A DNA stretch of 64,000 nt from an uncultured Clostridia bacterium (GCA_947628665.1 CANRAU010000004.1:38359-102358), one strand, 5' to 3'; shown: positions 1 to 9,823, counted from the first letter of the stretch. Notes: generated from the letters alone by a model not told the origin. Numbers and translations: made by a program.

Positions 1-2
1 AT

Positions 3-326
3 GCGGCGTATCTTGCGGCAAAAGAACTTAAAAAGCCGGAAAGCGCCGATCCCCCCGCTGCCACGCAAGCCCCGTCCGCACAAAGCCGTGCGCGTGAAGC
101 CGAGCGAAAAAACAAAGCGGAGGAACGAAAACGCCGCGCGAAGCTCTCGGCTCTGCAAAAAGAGATCGAGGAAATGCACGGGCGTCTGCACGCTCTGAAA
201 GCGGAATGCGAGCAGCCCAAGGTCGCCGACAATTATCTGCGCCTGACCGAGCTTTTGGAGCAGATCGAAGAACTGGAAGCGACCGTAGAAGAAAAAGAGG
301 ATCTGTGGCTGACGCTGTCCGATTAA
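3..326 (+). CDS. ABC-F family ATPase, C-terminal end (partial; start lies upstream of the window)
   Basis: Frame 3 is open from the window edge to TAA at 324-326. The translation ...KRRAKLSALQKEIEEMHGRLHALKAECEQPKVADNYLRLTELLEQIEELEATVEEKEDLWLTLSD is a Lys/Glu-rich coiled-coil tail typical of ABC-F proteins. It is absent from the ORF track because there is no in-window start. Confidence 0.4.
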   Translation, partial: AAYLAAKELKKPESADPPAATQAPSAQSRAREAERKNKAEERKRRAKLSALQKEIEEMHGRLHALKAECEQPKVADNYLRLTELLEQIEELEATVEEKEDLWLTLSD

Positions 327-481
327 AATGCAGATTTGTTTTTGAATTTTTCGTAAATTCTTCTGCGGTTTGCCTATTTTTCAAAAAATAGGCTTGTAAG
401 TTTTTATAAAATAGTATAAAATAGGCTTGTTTACGGTCACTTTGACCGTTTTTGATTCAAGTGTAAAGGGATGAAATCCGA

Positions 482-2185
482 ATGGAAAACAACCAATCCG
501 GAAAGAGCCAGGCGGAGCTCTATCGCGAGGAGCGTAAAAAACGCATGGCTGCTGAGGCGAAAAAGAGCGCCAAAAAGAAGAATCCGAAAGTCGCCCGCGC
601 TAAAAAAATTGCCGGTAAAGTGATCGCGATCGTATTGTCCGTTGTGATCGCTTTGGGCGCTGTGTACGCCGTTCTCAATTTCTTTGGCGTACCGCAGAAG
701 GTGCTGCCGGCTGCGAAGATCGGCGATCAAAAAGTGTCGATCGCAAAATATGATTACTATTATATGGAAATGTACTTAAACATCCTAAACACGGTGCAAT
801 CCTATAATTCGCAGTACGGGGAAGGCGCGGGTGCGCTCTATACCGGGTTTGACAGTACCAAAGCGCCCGAAGATCAACCGTATGATGAAGAGACGCTTGG
901 GGAAATCGAGGGCTTTGAAGGCGAAAACCCGACTTGGGCGGATTTTTTGCGCTGCAACACGCTGAACTCCATGCAATCCTACATGGCGTATGCCAAAATG
1001 GCGCGTGATGCGGGCATCACCCTGACGGAAGAGGAAACCGCCAACATCGATCAGGAAATCGAATCCGCGCGCGAAACAGCCGAACAGAACGACTATTCTC
1101 TGGATCGCTTCCTGACCAAGTATTACGGCAAGGGCGCAAGCGAAAAACTGCAGCGCGAGATCATGGAAGAAAAAAGTCTGGCGAGCAAATATGCACAGCA
1201 AAAGAACGAAGAGCTCTCGAACGGCATCACCGACGAGCAGATCGAGGCGGAATACAACGAAAATATAGCGAACTACGCTTTAGTTTCCGTATCGGCTTTC
1301 ACCGTGAGCGCCGATACTTCGAGCATTGCGGAGGATGCTACCGACGAAGAAAAGACGGCGGCCACCAATGCGGCTATGGAAGAGGCCAAGAAGAAGGCAG
1401 ACGCCTATGCCGCAAAGGTAAACAGTCCCGAAACACTGCTTGAACAGGCTAAAGCATACAACACCTCGGCTACGGAAAGCTCTGTAAAGAGCGAAAACGT
1501 GAAGCCCTCTGATTTGGAGACCACATACGGTACAGCCGCAAAAGACTGGGTCCTGGCATCCGGCCGCAAGGTGGGCGACGTGACCGTCGTGGAATCCACC
1601 GGCGGTTACAGTGTGCTGTATATGTCCGCGTTACCGCATAAGGACACCACGAAGCCCGTGGACGTTCGGCATATTTTGTTCCAGTTTGAAAGCAAAACCG
1701 ACGACAGCGGCAACACAGTCGCGTTGACGGATCAGGAAAAAGAAACCTATATGCAGAAAGCGCGTGAGGTTTACGACGAGTATTTGAAGAATCCGACCGA
1801 GGATCATTTCGCTGAGCTTGCAGAAAAGAACAGCGCCGACTCGGGTTCTAACACCAACGGCGGTCTGTATGAAGAAGTCAAGGTCGGCGATATGGTCACC
1901 GAATTCAACGACTGGTGCTTTGATCCGGCGCGCAAGCCCGGTGACACCGGCATCGTCGAAACGACATACGGCTATCATATCATGTACTATGTCGGCAACG
2001 ATCATGCGGAAACCTGGCGCACCGACGTACAGAGTGCCCTCGCTTCCAAGCAGTTGGAGGACTTCGACGCGCAGATCCACGACGGCGACGCCTATAAGAT
2101 CAAGCCGCACAATCTGAGCCTCAAATGGGCGATTGCGCAGTTGAACAGCTTGATCAAATCCTTCTCTGTGACTTCCGCTTCGTAA
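482..2185 (+). CDS. membrane-anchored parvulin-type peptidyl-prolyl isomerase (PrsA/SurA-like foldase)
   Basis: 567 aa. It has a Lys-rich N-terminus followed by a TM helix (VIAIVLSVVIALGAVYAVL). PpiC-type motifs are VRHILF, GGLYEEVKVGDMVTEFNDW and GYHIMYY. Confidence 0.75.
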   Translation: MENNQSGKSQAELYREERKKRMAAEAKKSAKKKNPKVARAKKIAGKVIAIVLSVVIALGAVYAVLNFFGVPQKVLPAAKIGDQKVSIAKYDYYYMEMYLNILNTVQSYNSQYGEGAGALYTGFDSTKAPEDQPYDEETLGEIEGFEGENPTWADFLRCNTLNSMQSYMAYAKMARDAGITLTEEETANIDQEIESARETAEQNDYSLDRFLTKYYGKGASEKLQREIMEEKSLASKYAQQKNEELSNGITDEQIEAEYNENIANYALVSVSAFTVSADTSSIAEDATDEEKTAATNAAMEEAKKKADAYAAKVNSPETLLEQAKAYNTSATESSVKSENVKPSDLETTYGTAAKDWVLASGRKVGDVTVVESTGGYSVLYMSALPHKDTTKPVDVRHILFQFESKTDDSGNTVALTDQEKETYMQKAREVYDEYLKNPTEDHFAELAEKNSADSGSNTNGGLYEEVKVGDMVTEFNDWCFDPARKPGDTGIVETTYGYHIMYYVGNDHAETWRTDVQSALASKQLEDFDAQIHDGDAYKIKPHNLSLKWAIAQLNSLIKSFSVTSAS

Positions 2186-2217
2186 GCAAGCTAAAATCCA
2201 TTGACTGTACAAACGAA

Positions 2218-2251
2218 CGGCAGATGCTTGATAAGGCATCTGCCGTTTTTT
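2218..2251 (+). terminator. rho-independent terminator between convergent genes
   Basis: A 10-bp GC-rich stem CGGCAGATGC/GCATCTGCCG (2218-2227/2236-2245) is followed by TTTTTT at 2246-2251. Confidence 0.7.
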
Positions 2252-3125
2252 ATGGGGTTTCCTGTTCGGAAATCGGATAGGTATAAATGAGCGCGTCCTC
2301 TTCGGGGTCTCGGTAAAACCGTTTGCGCACACCGCGCTTTTGAAAGCCGCATTTTTGATAGAGCTTGCGCGCGGGCGTATTGCTCAGACGCACCTCCAAT
2401 GTGACAAAATGCGCTTTTTCTGCTTCGGATCGACACAGCAGAACGCGAAGCAGCAGTTCCCCTATCCCCCTTCCGCGATACGACGGCAAAACGGCGAGAT
2501 TGGTCATGTACACTTCGTCCGCAATATTGTTCGCACCGATGTAGCCGACCGCCTTACCGTCTGCGACGCACACAAAGAACCGCGCGGTCGGGTTGGTCAA
2601 TTCCTCCTCTATGGAAGAAACGCTCCACGGGTGCGCAAAGCACTGCTGTTCTATGTCGGCGACGGCGGCAAGATCGTCTGCGCACAGCCTGTGCAGATCA
2701 TCGACGCCGAAAGCAAATCGCAACACCGACGGGAGCTTTTTTTCGATCTCATGGGCACAGCGCGTATATACCGCGAGATCGCCGCCGTAGGGATCGGCAA
2801 TGTCCAATGTCAAAATTCGTTCGGCTTCGACATACATTTGTAAGACTGCGGCATGTTCACGCGTCATGCAGACAAAACAGGTTTCCGGCTCTTGCAGATC
2901 GTAACGCGTGATCGTCCGCGAACGATGTGCCGCAATATCTGCGCCGAATTCCTTCGCCGCCGTTACGGCAAAATCTGTCGGCGGCGAACCCACCGCGGCG
3001 GCAAGCCCCGCGCCGGAGACTTCGATAAAGCCCATATCTCTTTTTTGCAGGTATACACGGAACAGCCCTTCCGCCATGGGGCTTCGGCAGGTGTTCCCCG
3101 TGCAGACAAATATAATTTTTTTCAT
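2250..3125 (-). CDS. fusion protein: low-molecular-weight protein phosphatase domain plus RimI-type GNAT N-acetyltransferase domain
   Basis: The N-terminus MKKIIFVCTGNTCRSPMAEG carries the CX5R(S) P-loop, and a DPYG Asp loop follows. The C-terminal half has IEQQCFAHPWS and the acetyl-CoA motif YRGRGIGELLL typical of RimI. Confidence 0.75.
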   Translation of the reverse strand: MKKIIFVCTGNTCRSPMAEGLFRVYLQKRDMGFIEVSGAGLAAAVGSPPTDFAVTAAKEFGADIAAHRSRTITRYDLQEPETCFVCMTREHAAVLQMYVEAERILTLDIADPYGGDLAVYTRCAHEIEKKLPSVLRFAFGVDDLHRLCADDLAAVADIEQQCFAHPWSVSSIEEELTNPTARFFVCVADGKAVGYIGANNIADEVYMTNLAVLPSYRGRGIGELLLRVLLCRSEAEKAHFVTLEVRLSNTPARKLYQKCGFQKRGVRKRFYRDPEEDALIYTYPISEQETP

Positions 3126-3127
3126 GC

Positions 3128-5692
3128 TTATCCCTTTGCGTCATACCACGTTTTGCCGATGTGCGCGTCGCTTCTCAGGCGCACCTTCATTTGGCAGGCA
3201 TTTTCCATTTCCCGGGAAACGATCTCCTTGACGCGTTCGGCTTCCTCCTCGGGCGCTTCGACGATCAGTTCGTCGTGCACCTGCAAAATCAGCTGTGCGC
3301 GCATATTTTCGGCTTTCAACTGTCGATACACACGGATCATGGCAATTTTAATAATGTCCGCCGCCGTCCCCTGGATAGGCATATTCCGCGCGACGCGTTC
3401 CCCGAACGCCCGCAGCATCCCGTTGGAGGAGGCAAGCTCCGGCAAATACCGCCGCCGCGCAAACAGGGTCGTGACGTAGCCGTCCTTTTTCGCCTGTTCC
3501 ACAATGCGTTTCATATAGGCGTCGACCCCTGCGTAATGGTGCAGATAATCCTTGATATACTTGTCCGCCTCGGCGCGCGTGACGCCGATGTCCTTACTCA
3601 GAGAAAAAGCGCCGATGCCGTACACGATACCAAAATTGACCGCCTTGGCACGACTGCGCATCAAAGGTGTGACCATCTGCAGGGGCATACGAAACACCTG
3701 CGAGGCCGTCTCGGTATGAATGTCGGTATCCGTATTGAATGCCTCGATCATCGCTTTGTCGTCGGCGATGTCCGCAAGCACACGCAGTTCAATTTGAGAA
3801 TAGTCCGCATCGACCAGCACCTTGCCCTCGTCAGCCTTAAAAAATTTGCGCATTTCACGCCCCAGATCCTGCCGCACGGGGATATTCTGCAAATTCGGTT
3901 CGGTGGAGGAAATGCGCCCCGTGCGCGTCTCCGTTTGATTGAAGCAGGAATGGATGCGCCCGTCCGCACCGATCACCTTTAAAAGCCCGTCGCAGTAGGT
4001 GGATTTTAATTTGGCAAGGGTGCGGTACGCGAGGATATGCCGCACGATCTCATATTCCCCTGCCAAGCCCTCCAACACCTCAGCATTGGTGGAATAGCCG
4101 CTTTTGGTTTTCTTTTTTGTGGGAATTTGCAATTTGACGAACAGGATTTCCCCCAACTGTTTGGGCGAATTGATGTTGAACGTCTCGCCCGCAAGCGCAT
4201 AAATGGCGTCCTGCAATTCAGCGACCTTTTCCGTAAGCATTTCGGAAAACTGCTCGATGCCCGCTTTATCCACCAAAACGCCCACCCGCTCCATAGAAGC
4301 AAGCACCTCGGCAAGCGGAATTTCAATGGTTTCCAAAAGGTCGAGCTGTTCATTTGTCTCCAGACGCGCGACGAGCTTTTTGCACAGGGAAATAAGATTC
4401 GCGCAATCGTTTGCAAGCGCGTCCTCCGTCTCGGCGGCGGCAAAGACAGTGCAATATTCCTGAATCAGGCGATGCAGATCGTAATCCTTGGCCGAAGGAT
4501 TCAGCAGATAGGCGGCGAGCGTTACATCCATACGGACGTTTTGCACGTCTGTCCCATTCGCCATGCCGAACGCATAGACCTCCTTCGACGAATAGACGTA
4601 TTTTTCCGTGTTCGCATCGGACAGGAGTGCAAGGAAATTCGCCTTTTGCGCGCTGTCGGTCAAGTCCGCACGCAAAACAAAGCCATCGGCGGCAAAATAG
4701 GCGGTATCGGCGGACGGCAGGATCAAATACGCCCGTCGCTGCACGACGACCTGTGCCGCAGAGGACAATCCTGCTCGGAAAGACAGCTTGGTCGGTTCTG
4801 CCGTCGCTTGCGCAACGCCCGCGTCATCCGAAAGATGCAGTTTTTCCAAAATCTTGAACATTTCCAAAGAGACGAGTATCCCCGTGGCCTCCTGTACATT
4901 CGGAGGGTCTTTGACATACTGCGAAAGCGCGGTATCGATGGGTGCGTCTAATTCGATCGTACCGAGTTTATAGCTCAAATATGCAGAATCTTTCCCGTCA
5001 AGCAGTTTTTGCCGCATACCCGCTTTGATTTCGGGGGCGTCGATGTTGGCGTATACGCCGTCCAGAGTTTGGAATTGTTGGATAAGCGCTTCGGCGGTTT
5101 TCTTGCCGACGCCCGCAACGCCGGGAATATTGTCGGAACTGTCGCCCATCAGCGCTTTTATGTCGATCATTTGCCGGGGCGTTACGCCGTATTCCTCCCG
5201 AATTTTGGCAATGTCGTACACATTGGTTTCGGGACGCCCCATTTTGGTTGACGCCAACAGCACCTGCACATTTTCGCGCACCAGCTGTAAGCTGTCGCGG
5301 TCGCCGGTCGCGATATAGCAGGCGTCCTCCGCTTTCGTGTGCGAAGCGAGCGTACCAATCAGGTCGTCCGCCTCAAAGCCTTCTTTCGTAACGATCCGAT
5401 AGCCGAGCGCGGTCAGCAATTCCTTGAGTACGGGCATTTGCTCGGCAAGCTCGGGCGGCATCCCCTTTCGGTTCGCCTTGTAGCCGTCATACATCAAATG
5501 CCGAAAGGTTTTTGCCTTTACGTCAAAGGTGACGGCGACCGCGTCGGGCTGCACATCCTCCTCCAGCTTCAGCAGGATGTTCATAAAGCCGTAAATGGCG
5601 TTCGTGAAGCGTCCGTCCTTTGTGGTCAGCAGCTTGATCCCGTAAAAGGCGCGGTTCAAAATGCTGTTTCCGTCCAACACCAAAAGTTTCAT
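3128..5692 (-). CDS. polA: DNA polymerase I
   Basis: 854 aa. It has an N-terminal 5'-nuclease domain (LLVLDGNSILNRAFY). Family-A polymerase motifs are DYSQIELRVLA, RSRAKAVNFGIVYG and QVHDELIVE. Confidence 0.95.
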   Translation of the reverse strand: MKLLVLDGNSILNRAFYGIKLLTTKDGRFTNAIYGFMNILLKLEEDVQPDAVAVTFDVKAKTFRHLMYDGYKANRKGMPPELAEQMPVLKELLTALGYRIVTKEGFEADDLIGTLASHTKAEDACYIATGDRDSLQLVRENVQVLLASTKMGRPETNVYDIAKIREEYGVTPRQMIDIKALMGDSSDNIPGVAGVGKKTAEALIQQFQTLDGVYANIDAPEIKAGMRQKLLDGKDSAYLSYKLGTIELDAPIDTALSQYVKDPPNVQEATGILVSLEMFKILEKLHLSDDAGVAQATAEPTKLSFRAGLSSAAQVVVQRRAYLILPSADTAYFAADGFVLRADLTDSAQKANFLALLSDANTEKYVYSSKEVYAFGMANGTDVQNVRMDVTLAAYLLNPSAKDYDLHRLIQEYCTVFAAAETEDALANDCANLISLCKKLVARLETNEQLDLLETIEIPLAEVLASMERVGVLVDKAGIEQFSEMLTEKVAELQDAIYALAGETFNINSPKQLGEILFVKLQIPTKKKTKSGYSTNAEVLEGLAGEYEIVRHILAYRTLAKLKSTYCDGLLKVIGADGRIHSCFNQTETRTGRISSTEPNLQNIPVRQDLGREMRKFFKADEGKVLVDADYSQIELRVLADIADDKAMIEAFNTDTDIHTETASQVFRMPLQMVTPLMRSRAKAVNFGIVYGIGAFSLSKDIGVTRAEADKYIKDYLHHYAGVDAYMKRIVEQAKKDGYVTTLFARRRYLPELASSNGMLRAFGERVARNMPIQGTAADIIKIAMIRVYRQLKAENMRAQLILQVHDELIVEAPEEEAERVKEIVSREMENACQMKVRLRSDAHIGKTWYDAKG

Positions 5693-5874
5693 ACACAGGC
5701 TCCCAAATCAAATTCCTCGGTGGAAATCATTTCTTAATTAAAATATACCACAAAAGCCCGCAGAATGCACGAGAATTTTCAAGTTGCCGCCGCAAACGAT
5801 ATGTGGTAGAATAAGGAGCGATATAACTTTTAAAATGTGTGCCTTGTGACAGGGCGGATGAGTAAGGAAAAGCT

Positions 5875-6846
5875 ATGAAAATCGGAAACAGGGAAATTCA
5901 GGGGTTTGCGGGACTTGCGCCCATGGCGGGCGTCGCCGATCGGGCGTTTCGGGAGCTTTGCACACGGTACGGCGCGGCATACGTTGTATCGGAAATGGTA
6001 AGCTCCAAAGGCGTATCCATGGGCGACAGAAAATCCAAATTCCTTATGCAGCTTTCAGACACCGAGCGACCCGCAGGCGTGCAGATTTTCGGAAGCGACC
6101 CCGAGATCATGGCGCAGGCCGCGAAAACGGTACTGGAAGTACAGCCTGACTTTGTGGACATCAACATGGGCTGTCCCGCCCCTAAAATTGCGGGCAACGG
6201 CGGCGGCGCGGCGTTGATGCGCGATCCCATTCTCTCGGAAAAAATCGTCAAATCGGTCGTGGACGTGTGCAAAGATGTACCCGTGACCGTCAAGATTCGT
6301 ATCGGCTGGGACGAGGATTCCGTAAACGCTGTGGAAATGGCACAGCGCGCCGAATATGCGGGCGCGGCGGCCGTTACCGTACATGGCAGGACGCGGCGAC
6401 AGATGTACGCGCCGCCCGTGCATACCGACTGCATTGCGGCGGTAAAGCAAAATGTGCAGATTCCCGTCATTGCCAACGGCGATATTGCGGACGGTGTAAG
6501 CGCGGCGCGGATGCTGGAAGCGACCAACGCCGATTTTCTCGCGGTGGGGCGCGCGTCTCTCGGCAGGCCATGGGTTTTTCAGCAGATCAACGCCTATTTG
6601 CAGGAGGGCAGACTTCTGCCCGAACCGCCCGTCAGCGAACGGATGCGCGTGATGGTCGAGCATATCCGAAGCATTTGCGATTATAAAGGAGAACGCGTCG
6701 GCATACGGGAGGCGCGCAAGCACGCCGCATGGTATACCAAGGGCATCCACGGCGCGGCAGCCTATCGGCGTGCGCTTGGAATGCTGGAAAGCGTAGAACA
6801 ACTTGAAGAGATCGCGTATCGCATCTGTTTGGAAAACGAAGATTAG
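5875..6846 (+). CDS. dusB: tRNA-dihydrouridine synthase
   Basis: 323 aa. Motifs LAPMAGVADRAFR, DINMGCPAPK and VTVHGRTR are typical of the Dus family. Confidence 0.85.
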   Translation: MKIGNREIQGFAGLAPMAGVADRAFRELCTRYGAAYVVSEMVSSKGVSMGDRKSKFLMQLSDTERPAGVQIFGSDPEIMAQAAKTVLEVQPDFVDINMGCPAPKIAGNGGGAALMRDPILSEKIVKSVVDVCKDVPVTVKIRIGWDEDSVNAVEMAQRAEYAGAAAVTVHGRTRRQMYAPPVHTDCIAAVKQNVQIPVIANGDIADGVSAARMLEATNADFLAVGRASLGRPWVFQQINAYLQEGRLLPEPPVSERMRVMVEHIRSICDYKGERVGIREARKHAAWYTKGIHGAAAYRRALGMLESVEQLEEIAYRICLENED

Positions 6847-6850
6847 GAAA

Positions 6851-6888
6851 GACGGCAGCAAATTGCCTTGCTGCCGTCTCATTTTTTT
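6851..6888 (+). terminator. rho-independent terminator of dusB
   Basis: An 11-bp stem GACGGCAGCAA/TTGCTGCCGTC with loop ATTGCC is followed by TCATTTTTTT. Confidence 0.75.
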
Positions 6889-6944
6889 ACTATAGATAAA
6901 CACGGGGTGTTCACGCAAAACTCCGGAAAAATTTTCTTGCAAAA

Positions 6945-7730
6945 TCAGGAAATTTTCAACTGCAAACGCAATTTGTCGCTGATCATGGCGATAAACTCGG
7001 AATTGGTGGGCTTGCCGCGGCTGTTTTGGATGGTATAGCCGAAATAGGAGCTTAACACATCCACGTCTCCCCTGTCCCAAGCGACTTCGATGGCATGGCG
7101 GATGGCGCGCTCTACGCGGGAGGACGTCGTGGAGAAGCGCTTTGCGACCGTCGGATACAGCACTTTGGTTACGGAATTCATCATTTCCGTGTCGTTGATC
7201 GACAAAATAATCGCTTCACGCAAATACTGATAGCCCTTGATATGCGCGGGAACGCCGATCTGGTGCATGATGTCGCTGACGAGCACCTCCAGATCCGCGT
7301 TGCTCATATGCGCCGCATTTTCATATGTATCGCCTGCGCCCATGCCGTGCTTTTTCCAACCCGTCATCATGGCGATGCGTTCCGCCATCATGCCGATGTC
7401 AAAGGGCTTTAAAAAATAGTAATTCGCGCCTGCCATAAGCACTTCGTTTTCAAAACGCTGGTTGTCCACACCAGAAACGACCATGACCAATGGTTTTTTC
7501 GGAATGGCGGACTTTTGCAGCTGCTGCAATACGCCCAGCGCGTCGATTGAAGCTAAGATCGCGTCCATGACAAGCACGTCCGGCTTTTCTTTTTCGATCA
7601 TGTGCAGGACTTCCGCACCGTTCTTCGGGACAAGCCTTACGTCAAAGCCATAGGAACGCAGCACAGCCGCACAGTGCTTTCCGAAATCATTGGCCTCCTC
7701 GGTCAGTAATACTTTCAATGTTTTCTCCAT
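6945..7730 (-). CDS. spo0A: sporulation master regulator Spo0A
   Basis: The C-terminal effector domain is near-canonical: [17 protein letters not shown]...[15 protein letters not shown]...[17 protein letters not shown]. The receiver domain has VLVMD and LKPF. I prefer the ATG at 7730 (GGAGG lies 9 nt upstream) over the TTG at 7739 in the ORF track. Confidence 0.93.
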   Translation of the reverse strand: MEKTLKVLLTEEANDFGKHCAAVLRSYGFDVRLVPKNGAEVLHMIEKEKPDVLVMDAILASIDALGVLQQLQKSAIPKKPLVMVVSGVDNQRFENEVLMAGANYYFLKPFDIGMMAERIAMMTGWKKHGMGAGDTYENAAHMSNADLEVLVSDIMHQIGVPAHIKGYQYLREAIILSINDTEMMNSVTKVLYPTVAKRFSTTSSRVERAIRHAIEVAWDRGDVDVLSSYFGYTIQNSRGKPTNSEFIAMISDKLRLQLKIS

Positions 7731-7763
7731 CAAAATCAACCTCCGTGATTATTTTTCTGCCAT

Positions 7764-7792
7764 ATTTTACCATATGTGTTAATTTATGGCAA
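7764..7792 (-). promoter_or_regulatory. candidate sigma-A-type promoter upstream of spo0A
   Basis: On the minus strand: TTGCCA (7792-7787), 17 nt, TAAAAT (7769-7764), about 35 nt upstream of the spo0A start. Confidence 0.35.
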
Positions 7793-7844
7793 TCCTTTTT
7801 TCAAAAATTTTTTAAATTTTTCTAAAAAAGGAAGAATATCTCCC

Positions 7845-7887
7845 AAAAAACAGAGGATGTATAAATACTTGTCGCATTTATACACCC
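7845..7887 (-). terminator. rho-independent terminator of spoIVB
   Basis: 12-nt arms at 7855-7866/7876-7887 carry one mismatch. On the minus strand a T6 run follows (plus-strand AAAAAA at 7845-7850). Confidence 0.6.
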
Positions 7888-7895
7888 TCTTTTCT

Positions 7896-9143
7896 TTATG
7901 AGGCCTTTTGAAGCAATGCCGATTCGATCGTCTGTTCGCTTTCGATCATCGTATCGGCAAATATGCCGTACCCCTGAAGAGAATTATTGACGAAAACATG
8001 TGTGACCGCACCGACCAGCATACCGTTTTGTACAATGGGGCTTCCGCTCATACCTTGAATAATGCCCCCTGTTTTTTCGATCAAGGCGCTGTCTGTGACT
8101 TCAATGATCATATTTTTACCGTTCTCATCAGAATTTGGGTAAATCTTTGTGATTTTAACGTCATAATAATGCGGACCTGTTTCATCAATACTGGAAATGA
8201 TTTGTGCGTAACCGGTTTTTACCTCACTTTTTGTCGCGACCGGCAGCGGAACTGCGGTTGTATCGTAGTTTGCCAATCGGCCGTATACGCCCGTATCGCC
8301 GTTGGAATACAACTCCCCGATATTCTTATCCTGAAATACACCGCACAGCTCTCCGGTGATCCCGGGGCTTCCCTTATAGCAGCCGCTGATTTTGGTTTCC
8401 ACCGCAACGCCGCTTTTCATCGGCATAACGCACCCCGTGTCGATATCGCAGATCGCGTGACCGAGGCCGCCGAAAAGGCCGCTTGCAGGATCATAAAAAG
8501 TCAAAGTGCCGACGCCTGCGGTGCTGTCCCGCACCCAAAGCCCGGCTTTCAGCTTTCCGTCGTTCTGCGAAATCACGGGTTTTAAGCTGACGGTCAGTTC
8601 CTTTTTATCGCGTCGAGCCAGGATCGTCATAGGCTTTTCGGCAGCCTTTAACAGTTCGGACAATTTCTCGGCGGAATCCACCGCCTTGCCGTTGACCGAA
8701 AGAATGACGTCGCCGACTTTAAGACCCGCTTCCTTCGCGGGATTGACAGCGCCCTCGCTCGTATACACATCGTCCATACCGACGATCAAAACGCCCTCGG
8801 TAAAAATCTTGATACCGAAAATTTCGCCGCCGGGCACAACATACTTTCGCTTGCTGACCGTAACCGTTGAGGATTTGACCGGGATCGTGTTCAGAACGGA
8901 AATGTCTACCTTATAGCTTGCATCGTTCCCCGCCGAGATCAAACCTTTGGAACTCGCAGAAAGCGCCGTTTCCTCTTTCGATTGCGAACTCTTAAACGAG
9001 TAAATGCCGTTGACATGGATCTCTTCGTTTTCAATCAAATGGAAGCTGTCGGGTATTCTTTTTTCGCCCAAAAACACAAATACAAAAATGACAGAGGCAA
9101 TCAATAAACCCAAAAGGCTGAAAAACTTGAATAATTTCTTCAT
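7896..9143 (-). CDS. spoIVB: SpoIVB peptidase (S55 signalling serine protease)
   Basis: 415 aa. It has an N-terminal TM helix, a PDZ segment (GLKVGDVILSVNGKAV), the motif GTLTFYDPASGLFGGLGHAI, and the catalytic-Ser motif GMSGSPIV. Confidence 0.9.
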   Translation of the reverse strand: MKKLFKFFSLLGLLIASVIFVFVFLGEKRIPDSFHLIENEEIHVNGIYSFKSSQSKEETALSASSKGLISAGNDASYKVDISVLNTIPVKSSTVTVSKRKYVVPGGEIFGIKIFTEGVLIVGMDDVYTSEGAVNPAKEAGLKVGDVILSVNGKAVDSAEKLSELLKAAEKPMTILARRDKKELTVSLKPVISQNDGKLKAGLWVRDSTAGVGTLTFYDPASGLFGGLGHAICDIDTGCVMPMKSGVAVETKISGCYKGSPGITGELCGVFQDKNIGELYSNGDTGVYGRLANYDTTAVPLPVATKSEVKTGYAQIISSIDETGPHYYDVKITKIYPNSDENGKNMIIEVTDSALIEKTGGIIQGMSGSPIVQNGMLVGAVTHVFVNNSLQGYGIFADTMIESEQTIESALLQKAS

Positions 9144-9211
9144 TTTTCACCTCCGCACGCGGTTTTCGACCGCACTTATACTCTGTGATTTTTTTGCGGC
9201 TTTATTTGCGG

Positions 9212-9276
9212 AAAAAACAAGACTTTACGGCCACATTTAACTTGGAATAGTATTCCCAAAATGTGCGTAAAGTCTT
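9212..9276 (-). terminator. long hairpin terminator downstream of aroK
   Basis: An extended, nearly perfect hairpin spans 9219-9276 (AAGACTTTACG..ACATTT..TGGAATA-G-TATTCCA..AAATGT..CGTAAAGTCTT). On the minus strand a T6 run follows (plus-strand A-run at 9212-9217). Confidence 0.5.
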
Positions 9277-9313
9277 CTAATGGTTTGATTTAATTTTTAA
9301 AAATTTTAAAAAA

Positions 9314-9823
9314 TTATATTTCGGCGGTTTGCGCAAGCGCTTTTACAAGTCTTTCGACCGTATCTTCACAGGTGCAGCCATCCACACATAGAGTGAGATC
9401 GGCATATTTTTGATAGAGCGGCAGACGTTCGCGGTAAATATCGTCGATACTTTCGTTTTTCGGAGCAGCAACACCGCGTGTTTTGATATTTTGCAGCCGC
9501 TGTTTCACGGTTTCCAAAGATACGTCCAAGTACACGATTATGCCGCCGCGCTTTAACTTCTGCATGGCTTCGTCACGAAAAACCGCACTCCCGCCCGTCG
9601 CGATCACGGCGTTTTGGCAGTCTAAGGATAAGATCGCGTCGCGTTCGGCGTCCAAAAAATAGGCGATGCCGTTTTCGTCCAAAATTTGCTGCAAAAGTCG
9701 ATGCTCGCGTTGCTGGATATACAGATCCGTATCATAAAACCCAACGCCGAGCGTTTTGGCAAGCAGCACGCCCACCGTGCTTTTCCCGCAGGTCGGCATA
9801 CCGATCAAAACAATGTTCTGCAT
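9314..9823 (-). CDS. aroK: shikimate kinase
   Basis: 169 aa. The Walker A motif is GMPTCGKSTVG, followed by FYDTD. The start overlaps the pfkA stop (TGATG at 9825-9821). Confidence 0.85.
   Translation of the reverse strand: MQNIVLIGMPTCGKSTVGVLLAKTLGVGFYDTDLYIQQREHRLLQQILDENGIAYFLDAERDAILSLDCQNAVIATGGSAVFRDEAMQKLKRGGIIVYLDVSLETVKQRLQNIKTRGVAAPKNESIDDIYRERLPLYQKYADLTLCVDGCTCEDTVERLVKALAQTAEI

Noticed and set aside
7869-7879. 0A-box-like TGTCGCA near the spo0A upstream region
   Set aside because: It has one mismatch to TGTCGAA, lies in the loop of the spoIVB terminator hairpin, and is a single copy. That is not enough to call a regulatory site.
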